Shown: positions 17,758 through 26,093 of the stretch, one piece after another
How the letters are laid out: every line of letters starts with the position of its first letter
How positions within the stretch are numbered: position 1 is the first letter of the stretch
Translations under genes and position numbers: made by a program
Notes under the pieces: generated by a model
Seen by the model: the letters and a program-made list of their open reading frames with translations, nothing else
What the model was told of the DNA's origin: nothing
The model's database searches: none
Source: Gaiellales bacterium
Lineage (GTDB): Bacteria; Actinomycetota; Thermoleophilia; Gaiellales; JAICJC01
Direction: 5' to 3'
DNA: 64,000 nt
NCBI GenBank assembly: GCA_038212095.1
Contig: JBBQUW010000007.1
Span: 49,945 to 113,944, forward strand

Positions 17758-18545
17758 GCCGGCTGCCAGGCCCCGAAGTGTGTGCAGGCGAGTGCCGCCG
17801 CCTCGCCGCCGGCGGCCAGTGCCCGCGCCACGTCCGCTCCGTCAACCAGCGCCTCGATCACGCCTGCGATCAGCGCGTCGCCCGCGCCCAACGTGTCGAC
17901 GACGCTGATCGGGGCCGCCTTCTGTTCGACCAGTCGGCCGTTCCAGGCCAGGCTGCCCTCGCGGCCGCGCGTCACCACGGCGAGCCGCGCACCCGCGGCG
18001 ACCGTTGCCCGCGCCAGCTCCACGGCTTCACGGCGCGGCATGCCCGCGCCGGACAGGAAGGCCACCTCCAGCAGCGGCGCCATCTCCTCAAGCAGCGTGT
18101 CGCCACGAAGCTGCGAGAAGTCAAACGACATGCGGGCGGGGTGTAGCTCGGCCAGCAGGCCGGCCGGCGAGGCCAATCCGACAGCGTGCACCCATGCGCA
18201 GCCGCGCAGGAAGCCGTGGTCGTCCGCCGTCGGCCGGTACCCCGCGCCGACGCCCAGCCGCTCTTCGACGAACATGCGGTCGCCCGACTCGGTCAGCTCG
18301 ACGATCGTGACCGCGGTGTCGCCCGGCGCGGTGGCCACCCGGCTGCTCTCGACTCCTGCCGCCGCCAGCGCGTCGATCACCGCCCGTCCCTCGTCGTCCT
18401 CGCCGATCGCGCCCAGGTAGGCGGTGGGCAGCCCGTGGCGGGCCAGGCCGACCGCGACGTTGAGGGCGTTGCCGCCAACCATGTCGAGCCGCACCGGCGC
18501 CGTGTAGCGATCGATACAGTTGTCACCCACGCAGGCAACATTCAC
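17754..18545 (-). CDS. PfkB-family sugar kinase (FrlD fructoselysine-6-kinase-like)
   Basis: N-terminal VGDNCIDRY and GGNALNVAVGLARHG resemble FrlD. Also carries the PfkB signature DTLGAGDALIAG. Confidence 0.8.
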   Translation of the reverse strand: MNVACVGDNCIDRYTAPVRLDMVGGNALNVAVGLARHGLPTAYLGAIGEDDEGRAVIDALAAAGVESSRVATAPGDTAVTIVELTESGDRMFVEERLGVGAGYRPTADDHGFLRGCAWVHAVGLASPAGLLAELHPARMSFDFSQLRGDTLLEEMAPLLEVAFLSGAGMPRREAVELARATVAAGARLAVVTRGREGSLAWNGRLVEQKAAPISVVDTLGAGDALIAGVIEALVDGADVARALAAGGEAAALACTHFGAWQPA

Positions 18546-19597
18546 GGCCAGGTCGCCCCGCCCTCGGCCAGCACGCTACGCCCCATGAACGCGCGGTCAT
18601 CGAGGTCGTGAATGCCGCGCAGCAGCGTCGAGTACACGATGAACCACTGCAGGGCGACCTTGATCACGAACGGCGTCAGCTGGGGGTGGACTCCCGGGAA
18701 CTCGGCGGCATCGAACACCGCCGTGCGTGCGCCGCGCGACTGGGCGAACTCGAGCGTGCGCAGGGTCATCGCCCGCGACTCGTCGGTACCCACCAGCACC
18801 GCCATGTCGGCGGCGCGGCGGTCGAGCATCTCGGCCGGACCGTGGCGGAACTCGGCGCTCTCAATCACCGAGCCGTGCACGCGCATGTTCTCCATGAACA
18901 CGGTCAGCCCGAACTTGTAGGCCAGGCCGTAGAGCGGGCCGGCGCCGATGCAGTAGAGCAGCTCGCTATCGGCGAAGCGCTCGGCCAGCTCGCGGCCGCG
19001 GTGACGCTGCGAGCGGAACGCGTCGCCCATCTGTGCGGGCAGCTGCGCGAGAGCCGCCAGCAGCTCGGTGGCCTCGACGTTGCCGTCGAGCCGGCCCCAC
19101 TCGCCGGCGAACAGCGTCACGGCCAGGAGCGGCAGGCAGTACAGGGCGGGCGAGCGATACGCGATCGTCTCGTCAGCCTCCCGCCCGATCGGCGAGTCGG
19201 GTTTGGAGACCAGCGCGACAGTGTGGGCGCCGCGGGCACGGGCGAACCGCAGCGCCGCCAGCGTGTCCTCGGTGTGGCCGGAGTAGCTGGCGACGAACAC
19301 GGTCGAGTGCGAGTTGAGCCGGGTGGGGGAGCGCCAGATCAGCTCGTAGGACGGCCACACGTCGCTGGTGGCCGTGGTGAGGCGATCGCACAGCAGCTTG
19401 CCGCTGTACATGCTTGCCCACGATCCGCCGCTGCCGACGAAATGGACGTGACCGCCGCCGGCGCGGGCGCTCGCGGCCAGCTCGCGCAGCCGTGCTCCGT
19501 GCTCCTCGAGCAGACGGGCGGAGTCGGCCTCGAGATGCGGCGCGCTGAACAGCTCAGAGCTCAGCGCCCGCTCCACGAGCTGTTCGATGTCGTTCAC
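18542..19597 (-). CDS. Double-SIS-domain sugar-phosphate isomerase/deglycase (FrlB/FraB/AgaS/GlmS-C-like)
   Basis: 351 aa with FVGSGGSWAS, ASYSGHTEDT and a second SIS carrying EFRHGP. First gene of a 7-gene coupled minus-strand operon. Confidence 0.8.
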   Translation of the reverse strand: MNDIEQLVERALSSELFSAPHLEADSARLLEEHGARLRELAASARAGGGHVHFVGSGGSWASMYSGKLLCDRLTTATSDVWPSYELIWRSPTRLNSHSTVFVASYSGHTEDTLAALRFARARGAHTVALVSKPDSPIGREADETIAYRSPALYCLPLLAVTLFAGEWGRLDGNVEATELLAALAQLPAQMGDAFRSQRHRGRELAERFADSELLYCIGAGPLYGLAYKFGLTVFMENMRVHGSVIESAEFRHGPAEMLDRRAADMAVLVGTDESRAMTLRTLEFAQSRGARTAVFDAAEFPGVHPQLTPFVIKVALQWFIVYSTLLRGIHDLDDRAFMGRSVLAEGGATWP

Positions 19598-19634
19598 GGA
19601 TAGGGGCCTTTCCAGGTGGTGGACGCGAGCAGGC

Positions 19635-19648
19635 TGATAACGCTATCA
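19635..19648. promoter_or_regulatory. Candidate LacI/GalR-family operator
   Basis: TGATAACGCTATCA fits every fixed position of the family consensus TGWNANCGNTNWCA (12/14 self-complementary, central CG). It lies in the 60-bp divergent gap between the SIS operon start (19597) and the lacI-type start (19658). Confidence 0.6.
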
Positions 19649-19657
19649 TGTACGGCC

Positions 19658-20656
19658 ATGGCTGTCACCCTCAAGGACGTCGCCCGCGCCGCCGGTGTGT
19701 CCCAGGCCACCGCCGCACGCGCGCTGGGGGGCTACGGCTACGCCAGCCCGACGGCGCGCCGGCGCGTGCAGGAGAGCGCCGGTCGGCTTGGCTACACGCC
19801 CAACGCGGTCGCGCGCGCGCTGGTCTCGAACGAGACGCTGACGGTGGGCCTGGTGGTGGGCGATATCGAGAACCCGTTCTTCGCGGCAGTCGCCCGTGGC
19901 CTCTCGGACGTGCTCGAGGCGGCCGGCTACACGGTGCTGCTGGCCAATGCCGACGAGGATCCGGAACGCGAGCGGCGGGCGCTTCGCGCGCTGCGATCGC
20001 GCCGCGTGGACGGCCTGGCGGTGGTACCCGCTCCCGGCGCACGGCTGGAGGAGGTGGTGGCGGCCGGTGTGGCGCTGGTGCAGCTCGACCGGGCCGTGCG
20101 CGGTCTGGCCGCCGACGCGGTGCTGGTGGACAACGCCGCCGGTGCGGCCGCAGCCGTCTCCCACCTGATCGGATTGGGCCATCGCAGCATCGGCATCGTC
20201 TGTGACTCGCCCCAGATCGGCTCCACCGCCGAGCGCCTCGTCGGTTACCGCAAGGCGCTGCGCGCTGCCGGCATCGAAACCGGTCCGGAGATGATCTCGA
20301 TCGGTGGCCCGCGTCAAGGCGAGGCGCTGCGAGCTGCGTTCGACCTGCTGCAGCGACCCGACCGGCCGACCGCGGTGTTCACCGCGAGCAACTTCATGAC
20401 CCACGGCGTGCTGCAGGCGGCCCGCGAGCTGGGGCTGCGGATCCCGTCCGACCTGGCGCTGGTTGGGTTCGACGATCTGGACTGGACGACGTTGGTCGAT
20501 CCGCCGCTCACGGTCGTGTCGCAGCCAGTGGTGGAGCTGGGCCGAACCGCGGGCGAGCGGCTGCTTGCGCGGATCCACGGCGACAGCTCGCCGCCGCGAC
20601 GGGTGCGCCTGCATACGCAGCTGATCGTGCGCGGCTCCTGCGGTGCGACGGCGTGA
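19658..20656 (+). CDS. LacI-family transcriptional regulator
   Basis: N-terminal HTH VTLKDVARAAGVSQATAARAL and a periplasmic-binding-fold C-terminal domain. Start trimmed to ATG19658. Confidence 0.9.
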   Translation: MAVTLKDVARAAGVSQATAARALGGYGYASPTARRRVQESAGRLGYTPNAVARALVSNETLTVGLVVGDIENPFFAAVARGLSDVLEAAGYTVLLANADEDPERERRALRALRSRRVDGLAVVPAPGARLEEVVAAGVALVQLDRAVRGLAADAVLVDNAAGAAAAVSHLIGLGHRSIGIVCDSPQIGSTAERLVGYRKALRAAGIETGPEMISIGGPRQGEALRAAFDLLQRPDRPTAVFTASNFMTHGVLQAARELGLRIPSDLALVGFDDLDWTTLVDPPLTVVSQPVVELGRTAGERLLARIHGDSSPPRRVRLHTQLIVRGSCGATA

Positions 20657-21785
20657 CCCCCGTCGAGCAGCTGCTGGCCGATCTGGTGCGGGCGGACTCG
20701 ACCAACCCCACCCTGCACTCCGGCGGCGCCGGCGAGGCGGCCGTGGCCCAACTCCTGGCCGCCCGTATGCGGGCCGCGGGGCTGGAGGTCGACGTCTGGG
20801 ACGCCGCGCCCGGCCGGCCGAACGTGGTCGGCCGGTTGCCTGGTACGGGTGGTGGCCGTTCGCTGATGTTCTGCGGTCACACCGACGTCGTCGGCGGTGA
20901 GGTCGAGCAGTTCCACCCCCGCATCGAGGCGGGTCGCATGTACGGCCGCGGGACAAACGATATGAAGGGCGGTATCGCCGCGGCGATGGTCGCGGTGGAA
21001 CGGCTGGCAGACGGGCCACGGCTCGCCGGAGACGTGCTGATGGCGTGGGTGATCGACGAGGAGTGGGCCAGCCTGGGAGCGGAGTCGCTGGTCACCCGGT
21101 ATCGAGCTGACGGCGCGGTGCTGCCGGAGCAGACCGACCTGGACGTGGTGTTCGCCCACGGCGGGTTCGCCTGGTACGACGTGCGCAGTGCCGGCCGAGA
21201 AGCGGCCGGCGGCGACCCGGCGCAGGGAGTGGACGGCATCGCGCTGGCGGCGCCGATCCTGGCCGGGATCGTGCAGCTCGACCGCGAGCTGGAGCGGCGG
21301 GCGACGGTGGAGTGGGGGCGGCCGAACGTGCACGCGTCGACCATCCGCGGCGGGCAGAACTACCCAAGCTACCCGGCGGAGTGCGTGATCGGCGTCGAGC
21401 GCTGCCTGATGCCCGGCGAGTCGCTGGCCGAGTCGCGCGCCGAGATGGATGCCTTGCTCGCGTTGGCCGGCCGCTCAGATGACCGGTTTCAGGGTGAGTA
21501 CCGGACGGTGATCGAACGAGAGCCGGTGCTGCTCGACCGCGACGAGCCGGTGGTGGCGGGCTGCGTCGACGCGGCCGGCGCAGTGCTTGGTCACGATCCG
21601 GTTGTGCGAAGCGACTACGGCTGGATGGACTCCGGCGTGCTGGTCGAGGCCGGCGTGCCATGCGTGATCTTCGGGCCCACCGGTGAGGGCCTGCACACGG
21701 CGGAGGAGTGGGTCGATCTGCAGTCGCTCGAGCAATGCGTCGCCGTGTTCGAGCGGCTCGCGCGCCAGTTCTGCGGGCTGCACGC

Positions 21786-21789
<4 letters not shown>
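20653..21789 (+). CDS. M20-family metallo-amidohydrolase (ArgE/DapE/ACY1-like)
   Basis: FCGHTDVV and GTNDMKGG metal/catalytic motifs. GTG20653 overlaps the lacI stop (GTGA). Confidence 0.85.
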
Positions 21790-22801
<1,012 letters not shown>

Positions 22802-22805
<4 letters not shown>

Positions 22806-23818
22806 GCGAGCCGCTGTTGGAACTCACGGATGTCCGCAAGTACTTCCGCGCCGGCGGTGACGTGCTCGGGCGCGGCGGCGGCATGGTGCACGCTGTGGAC
22901 GGCGTCAGCCTGGCGGTCAACCCCGGCGAGACGTTGGGCCTGGTGGGCGAATCGGGCTGTGGCAAGTCGACGCTGGGCCGCTGCATTGTGCGACTGCACG
23001 ACCTCACGTCGGGCCGCGTGGTGTTCGACGGCCGCGACATCTCCTCGCTCAGCCGCCGCCAGATGCGGCCGCTGCGCAAGGAGTTGCAGATCGTATTCCA
23101 GGATCCGTACGCCTCGCTCAACCCGCGCAAGCGATTGGGCCAGATCGTGGGCGCGCCGCTGCGCGTCCACCGCACTGGCAACCGCGCCCAGGTGCGCGCG
23201 GCCGTGGAGGACCTGTTGCATCGGGTGGGCCTGAACCCGGAGCACATCAACCGTTTTCCGCACGAGTTCTCGGGTGGCCAGCGACAGCGGATCGGCGTCG
23301 CCCGCGCGCTGGCGCTGCGGCCCCGGCTGATCGTTTGTGACGAGCCGGTGTCGGCGCTCGACGTCTCGATCCAGGCTCAGGTGATCAACCTGTTCGACGA
23401 CCTGCAGGACGAGCTCGGACTGACCTACGTGTTCATCGCCCACGACCTGGGCGTGGTGCGGCACGTGTCGGACCGGATCGCGGTCATGTACGTGGGCAAG
23501 ATCGTTGAGCTGTCGCCGGCCCAGGAGCTGTACGACCGCCCCATCCACCCCTACACCGAGGCTCTGCTCTCGGCGGTGCCGATCCCTGATGCCAAACGTT
23601 CAGCGGCCCGCGAGCGGATCGTGCTGCGCGGCGACGTGCCGAACCCCATCGCGCCGCCGACCGGCTGTCGGTTCCATCCGCGCTGCCGCCACGCGACCGA
23701 GATCTGCAGCCGCGAGGAGCCGCCGCTCGTGGATCACGGCGGCGGACACCTGGCGGCCTGCCATCATCCGTTGGCGGTTGCGGCGGGTGCGCCGGCCTCG
23801 ATCGTGCCGGCGGGCTGA
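22802..23818 (+). CDS. ABC transporter ATP-binding protein (DppF/OppF-like)
   Basis: Walker A GESGCGKS, signature FSGGQRQRIGVARAL and Walker B IVCDEPVSALD. GTG22802 overlaps the upstream stop. Confidence 0.9.
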
Positions 23819-23902
23819 CAGGCAATACGCCGGTTCGGGGATCGCGGGATACCGCGAATCGCTGGTCGCGAGTCACCGTGGCCCACGACATGTTCGGGAA
23901 CA

Positions 23903-24277
23903 CTGGTGCGCAACGCCCTGCGCATGCGGCCGGATCGGATCGTGGTCGGCGAGGTGCGGGGGCCAGAGGCACTCGACATGCTGCAAGCGATGAACAGCGG
24001 CCACGACGGCTCGCTGGCGACGGTACACGCCAGCTCCCCGGCCGATGCGCTGCGCAGGATCGAGACGATGGTACTGATGGCGGGCCTGGAGTTGCCGCAC
24101 GCGGCCGCTCGCGAACAGGTGGCGGCGGCGATCGATGTCGTGGTGCACGTGGCGCGGGATGCCGAGGGGCGGCGTTGGGTGCGGCGTCTGGATGGCCGCG
24201 ACCGGGAGTCAGGACTCCTTGTCGAGCTCGACCAGACGTTGGTGCAGGCGCTTGCGAGGCAGCGATGCGGCACCTGA
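23903..24277 (+). pseudogene. cpaF: 5-prime-truncated CpaF/TadA-type pilus-assembly ATPase (C-terminal ~120 aa only)
   Basis: Encodes [61 protein letters not shown]..., the conserved C-terminal end of T2SSE/CpaF ATPases. There is an in-frame stop 29 codons upstream and the intact dppF-like gene ends at 23818, so there is no room for the Walker A/B part. Confidence 0.8.
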
Positions 24278-24832
24278 ACGGCTGGCGCGATCGCAGGCGG
24301 CGACGGGCATCGGGACGCCAGCTGCACCTCGCCCTGGGCGAGCTGTCTGCCCACGTCCGCGCCGGCCGCGCGCTGGCGCAGGCGGTGGGCGAGGTTGCCG
24401 GCGACATGCCCGAGCCGATCTGCGGATCGATGCGCGAAGCGGCGGAAGCGATCGCAGTGGGCACCTCGCCCGGTGAGGCGTTGGGGGCGCTGGCCGGCGG
24501 CGATGATGGTGCGCTGCTTGCGGCGGCGATCACCGTCCAGGCGCGCGCGGGAGGAGACCTTGCGGCGCTGCTCGACGACTTGGCGGATGCCCTGGTCGAG
24601 CGCGAGGCCCAGCGGCGGCTGGCGGCCGGGATCACCGCTCAGGCCCGGGCCACGGCCCGCATGGTGGCCTGCATGCCGCTGGCCGCCCTGGCGGGGTTGT
24701 GGCTCCCTGGACGGCGGCGCGCTGCACGGGCTGCTGACAGCCCCACTGGGCTGGGCGGCGCTGACGGTATCGGCCGGGCTGACGCTGGTAGGCGTCGTAT
24801 CGATCAGGCGGATCGCCGCCGCGGTGGCGTGA
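24265..24832 (+). pseudogene. tadB: TadB-like T2SSF-domain protein with an apparent +1 frameshift
   Basis: From ATG24265 the reading frame with codon starts at positions congruent to 1 mod 3 gives the T2SSF core (LSAHVRAGRALAQAV...LLAAAITVQARAGGDLAALLDDLADAL...MPLAALAGLW). The expected C-terminal TM (LDGGALHGLLTAPLGWAALTVSAGLTLVGVVSIRRIAAAVA, stop at 24832) is in the next frame after the CCC run at 24705-24707. As read, the first frame stays open and runs into tadC. Confidence 0.65.
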
Positions 24833-25692
24833 TCCGGCTGGCGCTGCTTGCGGCTGCGGTGGCGCTGGTGGAAGCCGCACGCCGGTCGTGGCGGCACGAC
24901 CGAGTGTTGAACGGGCGCGCCGGCCGGGCGGGCACCGACCGGCTGGCGATGCTCGCAGGGCTTGGCCGAAGCTGCGGCCCGCTGGCAGCGATGCTTCCGG
25001 CACCTCCCCTCCAGCGTGACCACCTGCGCGAACGGGCGGGCGTGGCCGGAGTGCTGGACGACCGCGCGGTCCGCGAAGCGCGGCTGGGGGCGATGCTGCT
25101 AATGGGCGTCGTGGGCATCGCCGGGTGGTCCGTGATCGGCTCGTTCGCCGGAACGGTGCTGGCATCGGCCTGCGCCGGGTTCGGCTGGCTCTACCCCGAC
25201 CTGTGGTTGCGCGCGGCGGCAGCTCGGCGTGCCGACCAGATCGAACGGCAGGCTCCGGTGGTGCTGGATCTGATCGCCGCGACGGTTGCGGCCGGGGTGT
25301 CACTCGATAACGCGCTGGTGGCCGCTGCGCAGGCCGGCGTGGGCCCGTTGCAGCTGGAGTTCCAGCGGGTCGCTGCGAACCTGGCGCTGGGACGGCGGCG
25401 TGGGGACGAGCTGCGCGACCTGGCGCAGAGAACCGGGTCGCCCTCTCTGACGCGGCTGGCAACGGCGCTTCGCGTCAGCGACCGGCTGGGCGTACCGTTG
25501 GCCGACGGTCTGCGCCGCCAGGCCGGTCGGGCGCGGGCTGAGCAGTCGCTGCGGGTGCAGGAGCGGGCGGCGACCGCAGCCCCGCGGATACTGCTGGTGG
25601 TGGTGCTGGTGCTGGTGCCGGCCTCGCTGCTTCCGGTGCTGGCCGCGTTGGCGCTGACGGCGCTCGGCTCGGCCGGCGGTCTCGGCCTGTAG
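24829..25692 (+). CDS. tadC: TadC-like T2SSF-domain pilus-assembly membrane protein
   Basis: 288 aa with N-terminal TM, T2SSF core (APVVLDLIAATVAAGVSLDNAL...LATALRVSDRLGVPLADGL) and C-terminal TMs. GTG24829 overlaps the shifted tadB stop (GTGA). Confidence 0.75.
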   Translation: MIRLALLAAAVALVEAARRSWRHDRVLNGRAGRAGTDRLAMLAGLGRSCGPLAAMLPAPPLQRDHLRERAGVAGVLDDRAVREARLGAMLLMGVVGIAGWSVIGSFAGTVLASACAGFGWLYPDLWLRAAAARRADQIERQAPVVLDLIAATVAAGVSLDNALVAAAQAGVGPLQLEFQRVAANLALGRRRGDELRDLAQRTGSPSLTRLATALRVSDRLGVPLADGLRRQAGRARAEQSLRVQERAATAAPRILLVVVLVLVPASLLPVLAALALTALGSAGGLGL

Positions 25693-25776
25693 TCGCCTCG
25701 CCAGGCGGATTACTGTTGGCACTCTCGACACCGTTCGTGACCATCCTGCGAGATCTGCCGCCGTAGCGTGCACGGC

Positions 25777-26016
25777 ATGGAACGAGCTCAGGCGACGGTC
25801 GAGTACGCGGCGCTGGTGGCGGTCGCGTTGATCGCGGCCTGCCTGCTGGTGCGGTTCGAGACGCCGGCTCAGCGACTTGCCCGTGACGTTGCCGCGATGC
25901 TCGTCTCACACCAGCGCCGGCCGGCCGGGCGGCCGGCCCGCCATCCACATGCCGGCGGATACCACATCGTCCGCCCGCCGTGCACGTGCCCATGGGCCAC
26001 CACCGATCCGCCGTGA
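25777..26016 (+). CDS. Flp/TadE-like pilin-family protein
   Basis: N-terminus MERAQATVEYAALVAVALIAACLLV resembles the Flp/TadE motif (xATVEY plus a hydrophobic helix), but Ala replaces the processing-site Gly. The C-terminal half is low-complexity. GTG25768 is an alternative start. Confidence 0.5.
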   Translation: MERAQATVEYAALVAVALIAACLLVRFETPAQRLARDVAAMLVSHQRRPAGRPARHPHAGGYHIVRPPCTCPWATTDPP

Positions 26017-26093
26017 GCCCGTTCGGCTGCTCAATTCCAGCCCGGCGCGGACGATAGAGGGAGGCACGCGCCGGTGTCGGCGCCGACCGTCCG

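Noticed and set aside
19646-21019. Long antisense or alternative-frame ORFs throughout the window. Examples: 19646-21019 (-), 21092-22603 (-), 23484-24635 (-), 39386-40978 (-), 41157-42569 (-), 44958-46370 (-), 55707-57248 (-), 57169-58506 (-).
   Set aside because: Their translations are Arg/Ala/Pro/Gly-dominated with no motifs, and they lie opposite genes with clear family signatures. This is the typical stop-codon-poor artefact of very GC-rich DNA.
23878-25692. 604-aa ORF read as one Tad protein.
   Set aside because: It is a composite. Its first ~130 codons are out of frame relative to the cpaF remnant. The middle holds the tadB core plus a frameshifted junk linker. The end is tadC, which has its own GTG start overlapping the shifted tadB stop.
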